DNA of 63,061 bases. Source: Enterococcaceae bacterium. Lineage in GTDB: Bacteria; Bacillota; Bacilli; Lactobacillales; Catellicoccaceae. Under the pieces are notes generated by a model. That model saw only the letters and a list, made by a program, of their open reading frames with translations. It ran no database searches and was not told the origin of the DNA. The stretch is from assembly GCA_030150665.1 (NCBI GenBank), contig JASLFJ010000029.1, positions 1-63,061 of the forward strand. Reading direction: 5' to 3'. Below are positions 53,068-61,957 of this stretch, in pieces. The position numbers and the translations under genes were made by a program. The number at the start of each line of letters is the position of its first letter. The first letter of the stretch is position 1.

Positions 53068-54717
53068 ATGAAAATTATTATCGTAGGTGGTGTTGCAGGA
53101 GGTATGTCTGCTGCAACACGATTACGCCGCTTAAATGAAGATGCTGAAATTATTATTTTTGAAAAAGGGCCTTACGTATCCTTTGCCAACTGTGGTCTTC
53201 CTTATTTTGTCTCTGGAGAAATTGATGACCGTGAAAAACTACTGGTGCAAACTCCAGATTCTTTAAAAGCACGCTTTAACTTAGATGTTAAAACAAACCA
53301 TGAAGTACTAGATATTGATCCTGAACAAAAAACAGTGACGGTAACACATAACGGAAAAACATGGGAGGAATCTTATGATGCATTAATCTTATCTCCTGGT
53401 GCAAAACCGTTTGTCCCACCTATTCAAGGATTAGAAGAAGCAATAAATGTTCATACATTAAGAAACGTACCTGATCTTGACCGTATTATGCAGCAGTTAA
53501 CCCCTGCAACGAAAAAAGCAGTCGTGATTGGTGCAGGATTTATCGGTATTGAAATGGCAGAAAATCTAGCTCATCGCGGTTTATCAGTAACTATTGTAGA
53601 AAAAGCACCGCATGTGCTACCACCTTTAGATGAAGAAATGGCTGCATTTATTGAACAAGAACTCACACAACACGGAGTTTCTGTCATCTGTTCTCAATCC
53701 GCAGTAGCCTTTCATGATCAAGGATCAACAATTGAGTTAGAAGATGGGTCTCAATTAGAAGCCGATCTTATTATCTTATCGGTAGGTGTTACTCCAGAAA
53801 ATGAACTGGCATTAAAAGCAGGGCTAAAAACAGGGCTTCGCGGAGGTATTTGTGTTGATGAGCATTACCAAACAAGTCATAAAGATATTTATGCAGTAGG
53901 AGATGCGATTATTGTAAAACAACAAATTACAGGAGAAGATGCACTTATCGCACTTGCATCTCCAGCAAACCGTCAAGGTCGCCAAGTGGCTGACGTTATT
54001 TCTGGAATGGATCGTAAAAATAAAGGAAGTATCGGAACAGCTATAGTCCGTGCCTTTAACCTTACGGCAGCTTCTACAGGACTTAGTGAACGTGCAGCGC
54101 GTCTTTCTGGATTAACACCATCAGTTGTACATATTAGCGGTAAAGATCACGCTGGATATTATCCAGGAGCACAAGATTTACTATTAAAACTTATCTTTAA
54201 TAAAGAAACAGGAGCAATTTACGGCGCACAAGGAATCGGAGCTCAAGGAGTAGATAAACGTATCGATATTTTAGCTACAGCGATTAAAGCAGGACTTACT
54301 GTTCAAGATTTACCAGAGTTAGAATTCTCTTATGCACCACCCTTTGGTGCCGCAAAAGATCCTGTCAATATTTTAGGCTATGCAGCGCTGAACTTAATGG
54401 AAGGGATTAGCGAAAATATTCAGTGGTATGAACTCAATGATTATATAGCACAAGGACGTCACATTTTAGATGTTCGTGATGAACGAGAACTTATTGAAGG
54501 TCGCTTTAAAGATTCTATAAATATCCCATTAAATCAACTTAGAGATCGTCTTCATGAGCTTGATCCAAAACAACCCTATATCGTTAGCTGTCGTAGTGGA
54601 TTACGCAGTTACGTTGCAGAACGTATTTTAAAACAACACGGATTTGACGTGTTGAACTTAGATGGTGCCTTCCATCTTTATTCAACGGTTCGACCAGAGG
54701 AGTGTGTCTATGAATAA
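53068..54717 (+). CDS. CoA-disulfide reductase fused to a C-terminal rhodanese (CoA persulfide reductase / NADH-dependent persulfide reductase type)
   Basis: IIIVGGVAGGMSAATRL (FAD GxGxxG), SFANCGLPYF (redox Cys), VVIGAGFIGIEMAE (NAD(P)H), IYAVGDA, and the rhodanese loop VSCRSGLRSY. Confidence 0.88.
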   Translation: MKIIIVGGVAGGMSAATRLRRLNEDAEIIIFEKGPYVSFANCGLPYFVSGEIDDREKLLVQTPDSLKARFNLDVKTNHEVLDIDPEQKTVTVTHNGKTWEESYDALILSPGAKPFVPPIQGLEEAINVHTLRNVPDLDRIMQQLTPATKKAVVIGAGFIGIEMAENLAHRGLSVTIVEKAPHVLPPLDEEMAAFIEQELTQHGVSVICSQSAVAFHDQGSTIELEDGSQLEADLIILSVGVTPENELALKAGLKTGLRGGICVDEHYQTSHKDIYAVGDAIIVKQQITGEDALIALASPANRQGRQVADVISGMDRKNKGSIGTAIVRAFNLTAASTGLSERAARLSGLTPSVVHISGKDHAGYYPGAQDLLLKLIFNKETGAIYGAQGIGAQGVDKRIDILATAIKAGLTVQDLPELEFSYAPPFGAAKDPVNILGYAALNLMEGISENIQWYELNDYIAQGRHILDVRDERELIEGRFKDSINIPLNQLRDRLHELDPKQPYIVSCRSGLRSYVAERILKQHGFDVLNLDGAFHLYSTVRPEECVYE

Positions 54718-55009
54718 TATTTCCAATGAAACTTTATATCAAAAATTACCTTTACCTGATACTGCTGTCTTGCTTGATGTTCGTGAAATAGATGAATACC
54801 AAGAAGGCCATATTCCAGAAGCCATCAATATACCCTTAAGTACATTGACAGAAACATATCAACAGCTAGATCCAAAAAAGACTTATTATATCATCTGTCT
54901 TTCAGGCATGCGCTCATTAAATGCCAGTCAATGGCTTGTAGAACATGGATTTCAAGATGTCTATAATGTCACAGGAGGCATGAGTCAGTGGAAGGGTCCT
55001 ATCGAATAA
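54710..55009 (+). CDS. Single-domain rhodanese (RhdB-like)
   Basis: LLDVREIDEYQEGHIPEAINIPL...YIICLSGMRSLNASQWL. ATG 54710 overlaps the upstream stop by 8 nt, and the longer ORF in the track is an out-of-gene extension. Confidence 0.85.
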   Translation: MNNISNETLYQKLPLPDTAVLLDVREIDEYQEGHIPEAINIPLSTLTETYQQLDPKKTYYIICLSGMRSLNASQWLVEHGFQDVYNVTGGMSQWKGPIE

Positions 55010-55012
55010 AAA

Positions 55013-55047
55013 AATACGCTTTGACGTTTGTCAAGGCGTATTTTTTT
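55013..55047 (+). terminator. Terminator of the rhd-coaPR-rhd operon
   Basis: ATACGCTTTGAC-GTTT-GTCAAGGCGTAT (one G-U pair) followed by TTTTTTT. Confidence 0.85.
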
Positions 55048-55265
55048 GAGATAAACTATTTTAACACAAAAAAATCATCAATATATTAAACTCAATATTT
55101 CAATGATGATCACAAACAACTTGCCTCACCATAAAAAGAGCTCATCTAAAACCTTTATCTTGTTCATTTCGATGGTATTTTAAACGGTAAAAAGAGGCAA
55201 ACCATGGTTTTAAATGATGAATCATTCCAGGGTACTTATCATGTTGAAGCACTAACATATAGTTG

Positions 55266-55299
55266 ATAAAAAATCTATAGGCTGAGCCTATAGATTTTT
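55266..55299 (-). terminator. Terminator of the P-type ATPase gene
   Basis: ATCTATAGGC-TCA-GCCTATAGAT followed by TTTTTT on the minus strand, directly after the stop codon. Confidence 0.88.
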
Positions 55300-57954
55300 T
55301 TATTTAAGAAACATACGCTGTCCCCATTTAATCAGTTCTACAATAGGAATAATACTAAATGAAGCTAAAGCTACAATCAGCCACTGATGCGTATCTAAAT
55401 GAGCGACTGAAAAAATATCATTGAGTCCAGGAACAACAACCGTAGCTGCTAATAAAACAAAAGAAAGGAAAATAGCCCCATTAAACCATTTATTTTCAAA
55501 TGTCTTACGTGTCAAAATAGACTGATGTACGGATTTGACATTAAATGCATGAAACAGTTGTAATAACCCAAGTGTCACATAAGCCATAGTTAACGCATCT
55601 GCATGAATAGCTTCATAAGTCTCATGAACGGGCCAAATAATCGCTGAAGCATACACCCCTAAAGTAATGGCAGCTTCTAAAACCCCTTGATAGATAATAC
55701 TACTTCGCACACCCCCTGATAAAAAGTTACTTGATTTTCCTCGAGGAGGCTGCTCCATAATCTGATCACCAGCTGGATCAACCCCTAAGGCAATGGCAGG
55801 AAAGGTATCTGTAACAACATTAATCCATAATAGATGAATCGGGAGTAACGTATCCCAATGAAATAGTGTCGCTAAAAAGACAGTAAGCACCTCTCCTAAG
55901 TTAGCAGACAGTAAATACTGTACTGTTTTTTGGATATTACTAAAGACTTTACGTCCTTCTTTCACCGCAACAATAATCGTTGAAAAATTATCATCAGCAA
56001 GCACCATATCACTTGCGCTTTTAGAAACTTCAGTCCCTGTAATCCCCATACCAATACCAATATCTGCTGCTTTAAGCGCTGGAGCATCATTTACCCCATC
56101 ACCAGTCATTGCAACAATTTTATGTTGATCTTGCCACGCCTTAACAATCCGTACTTTATGTGCTGGAGAAACCCGTGCATATACAGAATACTCTGTGACG
56201 CATTGATCAAAGGCTTGATCAGAAAGCTGATCTAACTGTGCTCCTGTAATCACGCCTTCTTCTTGTTGATCTTTTGATAAAATATGAAGACGCATCGCAA
56301 TCGTCCGTGCTGTAACAGGATGATCTCCTGTAATCATAATAGGTCTAATCCCAGCCGCTTTTGCCTCTAATACAGCCGCTTTCGCCTCTTCTCTTTCTGG
56401 ATCAATCATTCCTGCAAATCCGACAAAAATAAGCCCTTTTTCTACATCTGAAAGTGTCTCAGGCAATTTATCGACATATTGATAAGCCGCAGCAAGTACG
56501 CGAAATGCTTGTTGGGCCCACGATGCATTTAGTGTTTCAAACTCTTCACGCAGTGCACCTGTCATCGGAACTATGTCTCCGTGACTGTTAAGCGTCCATT
56601 GACATAAATCAAGCAACACATCTGGTGCTCCTTTTGTTGCGACTAAATACCCTTGATCTTGTGTTTGATGAACCGTAGTCATTCGTTTTCTATCTGAATC
56701 AAAAGGAATCTCTGCAATACGAGGATAGGCTTTATCGAGTGCTTTTACCTCATCATTGTATTGACTGACATATTTATAAAATGCTGTTTCTGTTGGATCT
56801 CCTAAAAAATCCCCGGTATCATCTTGCTTTGTATCATTACATAATAAAAACAACGTATAAAACGGTGGATGCATAGAAAATAAGGACACATCATCCTGAT
56901 GATCACAGCGATAAAGTGCTTCAATAGTCATTTCATTCATCGTTAATGTTCCTGTTTTATCCGAACAAATAATTTCAGTACTGCCTAATGTTTCTACAGC
57001 GGGTAATTTTCGAATAATCGCATGACGCTGTGCCATTTTTTGTGTACCTAACGCTAAAATAATCGTGACAATCGCAGGAAGTCCTTCAGGAATCGCTGCA
57101 ACGGCTAAAGAGACAGCCGTCAGTAACATCTCAATCCATGATTTTTGTCCAGATAACCACCCAATGAAAAACATAATGACACAGATGACTAAAATGACAC
57201 CTGTTAATGTTTTTCCTAAATGATTTAAATTTTGTTTTAGCGGAGTCTCATTTTCCTTCGTATCACTTAATAATGCTGCAATATGCCCTACTTCTGTATC
57301 CATTCCCGTAGCAACAACGTATCCTGTCGCCCGGCCATAAGTAATACTGCTGTTCATATAAAGCATATTTAGCCGATCTCCAATCGGTGTATCTGGACTT
57401 AGCTGAGCGGTTATCTCTTTTTCAACAGGCACTGATTCTCCGGTAAGTCCTGATTCTTCTACCTTTAATGAAGCCGCAGTGATCAGACGAATATCTGCAG
57501 GTACAATATCTCCTGCTTCTAAAAAGACGAAATCTCCAGGAACAAGGGTTCGACTGTCAATTTCTAAAATATCCCCACCTCGTTTTACTCGTGCTTTAGG
57601 AGAGGACATATCTTTAAGCGCATCAATCGCTTGTTCTGCTTTAGATTCTTGAAACACACCAAAAATAGCCATCAAAAACACAACACAAAGAATCATAATC
57701 GCTTCTGTTTTATCTCCCATAAAAAAAGAGAGCAGGGCCGCTACCATTAACACTAAAATCATAACATCTTTAAATTGATTGAATAAACGCTGCCACCAGG
57801 TGACCTTTTTACTAGCCACTAATTCATTTAATCCGTACTGCGCATAACGCTGTTCAACTTCTTGTTGTGTTAATCCAGACTCACGTGTCTTTAACCGTTC
57901 AGTTACTTCTGATAATGATAACGTATACCACTGATGATTTGTCTTTTGTTTCAT
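55300..57954 (-). CDS. P-type (type IIA, SERCA/YloB/MgtA-like) Ca2+/Mn2+-transporting ATPase
   Basis: TGES, AIPEGLPA (TM4), CSDKTGTLT, MITGDHP and TGDGVNDAPALK motifs. The start is ATG 57954 behind AAAGGAGGAAG, and the track's 17-codon extension runs through the upstream terminator hairpin. Confidence 0.9.
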   Translation of the reverse strand: MKQKTNHQWYTLSLSEVTERLKTRESGLTQQEVEQRYAQYGLNELVASKKVTWWQRLFNQFKDVMILVLMVAALLSFFMGDKTEAIMILCVVFLMAIFGVFQESKAEQAIDALKDMSSPKARVKRGGDILEIDSRTLVPGDFVFLEAGDIVPADIRLITAASLKVEESGLTGESVPVEKEITAQLSPDTPIGDRLNMLYMNSSITYGRATGYVVATGMDTEVGHIAALLSDTKENETPLKQNLNHLGKTLTGVILVICVIMFFIGWLSGQKSWIEMLLTAVSLAVAAIPEGLPAIVTIILALGTQKMAQRHAIIRKLPAVETLGSTEIICSDKTGTLTMNEMTIEALYRCDHQDDVSLFSMHPPFYTLFLLCNDTKQDDTGDFLGDPTETAFYKYVSQYNDEVKALDKAYPRIAEIPFDSDRKRMTTVHQTQDQGYLVATKGAPDVLLDLCQWTLNSHGDIVPMTGALREEFETLNASWAQQAFRVLAAAYQYVDKLPETLSDVEKGLIFVGFAGMIDPEREEAKAAVLEAKAAGIRPIMITGDHPVTARTIAMRLHILSKDQQEEGVITGAQLDQLSDQAFDQCVTEYSVYARVSPAHKVRIVKAWQDQHKIVAMTGDGVNDAPALKAADIGIGMGITGTEVSKSASDMVLADDNFSTIIVAVKEGRKVFSNIQKTVQYLLSANLGEVLTVFLATLFHWDTLLPIHLLWINVVTDTFPAIALGVDPAGDQIMEQPPRGKSSNFLSGGVRSSIIYQGVLEAAITLGVYASAIIWPVHETYEAIHADALTMAYVTLGLLQLFHAFNVKSVHQSILTRKTFENKWFNGAIFLSFVLLAATVVVPGLNDIFSVAHLDTHQWLIVALASFSIIPIVELIKWGQRMFLK

Positions 57955-57971
57955 CTTACTTCCTCCTTTGT

Positions 57972-58105
57972 ATAAAAAAAGAGACTTATGTATGGAAAAC
58001 TCCATACATAAGTCTCACTATTTAAGATAGTACCAGAAAAAAATTTTTTTCGCGTCTGATGATACTATCACAACCTAAGTTGCTAGCTACTCCCCTATGC
58101 ATCTT
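57972..58105 (-). ncRNA. Candidate yybP-ykoY (Mn2+-sensing) riboswitch with an intrinsic-terminator expression platform
   Basis: The minus strand has ATGCATA-GGGGAGTAGC (the exact conserved L1 decamer, plus-strand 58086-58095). Next come hairpin CAAC-TTAG-GTTG and a long hairpin GATAGTATCA[TCAGACGC]GAAAAA-AATT-TTTTTC-TGGTACTATC with an 8-nt asymmetric loop. GAGAC-T-TATGTAT can then pair back to ATGCATA. That 3' strand is also the 5' arm of a perfect 16-bp terminator (GAGACTTATGTATGGA/TCCATACATAAGTCTC, 57981-58016) plus T7. Confidence 0.55.
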
Positions 58106-58113
58106 ACTCTTTT

Positions 58114-58142
58114 AGTATACGCATTTTCTTCCCAAATAGCAA
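58114..58142 (-). promoter_or_regulatory. Promoter for the riboswitch and ATPase transcript
   Basis: The minus strand reads TTGCTA (58137-58142), a 17-nt spacer and TATACT (58114-58119). It starts 4 nt after the leuS stop. Confidence 0.5.
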
Positions 58143-58145
58143 TCA

Positions 58146-60572
58146 TTACGCAGGTTTTACAACAATATTCACTAATTTTTTAGGAACAACAATCACTTTC
58201 ACAATCTCAACATCAGTGAGTTGTTCTTTAATTTTTTCATCTTCTAAAGCTTGTGTTTCTAAATATGCTTGATCTGCAGTTACAGGAACTGTTAATTTAC
58301 TGCGTACTTTTCCGTTAATCTGTACAACAATTTCTACTTGATCTTCTTCTAAAGCTGCTGGATCAAAACTTGGCCAAGGAGCATGTGTAATACTTTCTTG
58401 ATGTCCTAATTTTTCCCATAATTCTTCGGCAATATGAGGTGCAACTGGAGCAAGTAGCTGTAAGAATCCTTCTAAATAACCTATATATAACGCATCTGCT
58501 TTATACGCTTCATTGATAAAAATCATCAACTGGGAAATGCCTGTATTAAAACGTAGTGCTTCATAATCTTCGGTAACTTTCTTTACAGTTTGATGATAAA
58601 CTTTTGTCAGTGAATCATCATTAATCGTTGTAATACGATCTCTTAATGCTCCTTTATCATCAACCATCAAGCGCCAAATACGATCTAAAAACTTACGACT
58701 GCCTTCAAGCCCTTGTTCACTCCAAGCAATGGAAGCATCAAGAGGTCCCATAAACATTTCATAAAGACGTAACGTATCTGCTCCGTATTGGTCGACTACA
58801 TCATCAGGATTTACGACATTACCACGAGATTTAGACATTTTCTCATTGTTTTCTCCTAAAATCATTCCCTGATTAAAGAGCTTTTGAAACGGTTCAGGGG
58901 TAGGTACCACTCCGATATCATATAAAAACTTATGCCAAAAACGAGCATATAATAAATGCAGTACCGCATGTTCTGCACCGCCAATATAAATATCTACAGG
59001 CAACCATTCCTCTAATTTTTGATAATCAGCCAGTGCTTTTTGATTATGCGGATCAATAAATCTTAAGAAATACCATGAACTTCCTGCCCACTGTGGCATT
59101 GTATTTGTTTCACGTTTTCCTTTTTTACCAGTTTTTGGATCCACAACATGAACCCACTCTGTTATATTTGCTAAAGGTGACTCACCGGTCCCACTAGGTT
59201 GAATCTCATCAGTTTTTGGTAACACAACAGGAAGCTCTTCTTCAGAAACCGCTGTTGTTGTCCCATCTTCCCAGTGAATCACAGGAATCGGCTCTCCCCA
59301 GTAGCGCTGACGAGAAAATAACCAGTCCCGTAAGCGGTACGTCACTTCAGCATATCCTGCATCATGAGCTTCTAACCACTCAATCATTTTTTGACTAGCT
59401 TCTTCTTGATATAAGCCATCTAAAAAGTCAGAAGCCATATGAGGTCCGTCTTCAGTATAAGCACGTAGTTCAATATCACTACCTTCAATAACTGGTCTGA
59501 TCAATAGATGATGTTTTTTCGCAAACTCATAGTCTCGCTCATCATGTGCAGGAACTGCCATCACTGCCCCTGTTCCGTAGCTGCCTAACACATAATCAGC
59601 CACCCAAATCGGAACTTCAGCACCTGTTACAGGATGAACTGCATAGGCTCCTGTAAAGATACCTGTTTTTTCTTTAGCAAGTTCTGTACGGTCAAAATCA
59701 GACTTCTTAGCAGCGGCTTCTTGATAAGCTTCAACAGCTTCTTTTTGTTCTGGAGTCACAATATCTTGAACTAACGAAAGCTCAGGTGCACAAACAACAT
59801 AAGTAACACCAAATAATGTATCTGGACGTGTTGTAAATACTTCAATGACTTGATCTTCATGACCGGCTACTTTAAATTGAACGCGCGCTCCTTCAGAGCG
59901 TCCAATCCAATTACGCTGCATTTCTTTAATATTTTCTGGCCAATCAACAAGATCTAAATCTTCTAATAATCGATCAGCATAATCTGTAATTTTTAACATC
60001 CACTGTTTCATCGGCACGCGATATACAGGATGATCTCCTCGCTCTGATTTACCATCAATCACTTCTTCATTAGCTAATACGGTTCCTAATGCTGGACACC
60101 AGTTTACAGGGACTTCCGCTTCATAGGCAAGCCCTCGTTTAAAGAGCTGAACAAAAATCCACTGTGTCCAATGATAATACTCTGGATCTGTTGTGTTAAT
60201 CTCACGGTCCCAATCATAACTAAATCCAAGCGCATTTAATTGCTTACGAAATACTTCGATATTTTGTTCTGTAAAAATAGCAGGATCATTACCTGTATCC
60301 AGTGCATATTGTTCTGCAGGAAGACCAAACGCATCCCATCCCATCGGATGTAATACGTTATATCCTTGCGCCCGCTTCATACGTGCTAAAATATCTGTTG
60401 CTGTATAGCCTTCAGGATGCCCTACATGAAGCCCTTGTCCAGAGGGATAAGGAAACATATCAAGCGCATAAAAATAAGGCTTATCGGGATCTTCTGTTGT
60501 TTTAAATGTATGATGATTTTTCCAATAATCTTGCCATTTTTTTTCAATAGATTGATGATCATAATGCATCAT
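58146..60572 (-). CDS. leuS: Leucine--tRNA ligase
   Basis: [16 protein letters not shown] (HIGH region) and [11 protein letters not shown] 60572 lies 7 nt after AAAGGAG, whereas the track starts two codons earlier at GTG. Confidence 0.97.
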   Translation of the reverse strand: MMHYDHQSIEKKWQDYWKNHHTFKTTEDPDKPYFYALDMFPYPSGQGLHVGHPEGYTATDILARMKRAQGYNVLHPMGWDAFGLPAEQYALDTGNDPAIFTEQNIEVFRKQLNALGFSYDWDREINTTDPEYYHWTQWIFVQLFKRGLAYEAEVPVNWCPALGTVLANEEVIDGKSERGDHPVYRVPMKQWMLKITDYADRLLEDLDLVDWPENIKEMQRNWIGRSEGARVQFKVAGHEDQVIEVFTTRPDTLFGVTYVVCAPELSLVQDIVTPEQKEAVEAYQEAAAKKSDFDRTELAKEKTGIFTGAYAVHPVTGAEVPIWVADYVLGSYGTGAVMAVPAHDERDYEFAKKHHLLIRPVIEGSDIELRAYTEDGPHMASDFLDGLYQEEASQKMIEWLEAHDAGYAEVTYRLRDWLFSRQRYWGEPIPVIHWEDGTTTAVSEEELPVVLPKTDEIQPSGTGESPLANITEWVHVVDPKTGKKGKRETNTMPQWAGSSWYFLRFIDPHNQKALADYQKLEEWLPVDIYIGGAEHAVLHLLYARFWHKFLYDIGVVPTPEPFQKLFNQGMILGENNEKMSKSRGNVVNPDDVVDQYGADTLRLYEMFMGPLDASIAWSEQGLEGSRKFLDRIWRLMVDDKGALRDRITTINDDSLTKVYHQTVKKVTEDYEALRFNTGISQLMIFINEAYKADALYIGYLEGFLQLLAPVAPHIAEELWEKLGHQESITHAPWPSFDPAALEEDQVEIVVQINGKVRSKLTVPVTADQAYLETQALEDEKIKEQLTDVEIVKVIVVPKKLVNIVVKPA

Positions 60573-60590
60573 AAACACACTCCTTTAAAT

Positions 60591-61046
60591 TTATAATATA
60601 TCAATATGAATGGATTGACACCACTGATCTTGATCTGTATGTAAAAACAAGCTTAACTGATATGTACTCACTTCTTTATTGATCTTTGGCTGTTTTAATG
60701 ATAAGGTAACTGTCTCTTTTTCTGGAATCAAAATAAGATGTCCTTGCTCAGATAACGTTTCTGCTTCATACCATTGATCTTGATCTTTAATTTTATAATG
60801 CCATATTCTTTGTGCACTATCTTCCCATATAGGATCAGGATTTTTATTAGTTAATGTAATCAATACTTCATCTTCATTAAGTATAACCTCATCAATATCT
60901 AGCTTTTGTATCTGTTCAGGCATCACTTTACATAAATTATCGATTTCCTGTTGGGTTTTAAAAGAAGCATTACCACAACTGGATAAAAGTAGTAAGGAAA
61001 CAATAAATACCGGAATAAAATGACTAAACTTCATTAACAGACTCAT
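60591..61046 (-). CDS. Lipoprotein of unknown function (151 aa)
   Basis: Signal peptide with the lipobox LLSSC-G, then a beta-rich acidic domain. It overlaps the upstream gene end and stops 18 nt before the leuS start. Confidence 0.7.
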   Translation of the reverse strand: MSLLMKFSHFIPVFIVSLLLLSSCGNASFKTQQEIDNLCKVMPEQIQKLDIDEVILNEDEVLITLTNKNPDPIWEDSAQRIWHYKIKDQDQWYEAETLSEQGHLILIPEKETVTLSLKQPKINKEVSTYQLSLFLHTDQDQWCQSIHIDIL

Positions 61047-61944
61047 CTCCTACAGGAAGAGGTGGTGTTTCATACATAAAAAACCACTGGCGCAATGTTG
61101 GATAAGTTAATAATAGATCAAAAAAGCTCAGCTGATCGTCTGAATGAAACGTAAGTTCAAAAATTGCTCTTTGATCTTCTTGATGATTAATCTGAATATA
61201 TAATGTTCCTTGTTCTAAACAGACATAATAATGATGATGATCTTCTTGCATTAAAATCGGTAAATCTCCATCATAAAGCGCCAGTAATAACGCATTAAGA
61301 TCTTCCTCAATAGAAAGCATGCTGCGTTTTGTGATTGCTTGATCATCATGATTTAATACTCCTAGGTGAACTGTATAGTCAAGCAACTGATATCCTGTAT
61401 TAAGACGCTCTATAAATATCATAAGTAAAGATAAATATTCATGCATGGATTCTAATTGCACTGATTGATAAAAAAAATCTTCATGTATTAACACAATATT
61501 ACTGTGTAGCATAATACTACAAAACACTTGGTCCTCAAATAATAAACGGATTTTCCGTTCTTCTAAATGATAAACCACTTGAATTTTAGCAAGAATAACT
61601 CCTTCTTGTTCTAAACAAATCCATTGTTTTTTTGAAGTCACTTGCCAGTTGTGACTGCGCGGACTCATTCCTTTATGTGCTGCTGCTGTGACAAATTCAG
61701 AGGCAAAATAAGTTAAGCGAAATAAATCTGAAGCATCTTCTTGAAAAATAGAATCTGTTAATAATCCAACAAAAGTATCAATTGCTTTAGAAAATGCCCC
61801 TTCTTGGCACAAAACAGATTGATACATCATCTGTCTTTGACGATAAGACGTATGTTCTTGAATATGTTTTTGTGTCTCGTTTAAAATATCGGCGCCTTGA
61901 TTAAATAACTGCTGAAACTCCGTCAATTGCTGTAAAATACTCAT
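61024..61944 (-). CDS. Hypothetical cytoplasmic protein (306 aa), family not recognised
   Basis: A long ORF in an AT-rich genome. ATG 61944 lies 8 nt after AAGGAG, which overlaps the upstream stop. The track's 27-codon extension overlaps the upstream gene. Confidence 0.65.
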   Translation of the reverse strand: MSILQQLTEFQQLFNQGADILNETQKHIQEHTSYRQRQMMYQSVLCQEGAFSKAIDTFVGLLTDSIFQEDASDLFRLTYFASEFVTAAAHKGMSPRSHNWQVTSKKQWICLEQEGVILAKIQVVYHLEERKIRLLFEDQVFCSIMLHSNIVLIHEDFFYQSVQLESMHEYLSLLMIFIERLNTGYQLLDYTVHLGVLNHDDQAITKRSMLSIEEDLNALLLALYDGDLPILMQEDHHHYYVCLEQGTLYIQINHQEDQRAIFELTFHSDDQLSFFDLLLTYPTLRQWFFMYETPPLPVGDESVNEV

Positions 61945-61957
61945 AATATAGGCTCCT

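Noticed and set aside
55048-55265. A 220-bp non-coding gap after the sulfur operon, examined for a decayed cstR/CsoR-like gene or a small RNA
   Set aside because: It contains only very short ORFs (14-26 aa) with no SD and no CsoR-like C-H-C pattern. One imperfect AT-rich hairpin (TCATCAATAT...ATATT..TGATGA) has no U-tract. Nothing here can be defended.
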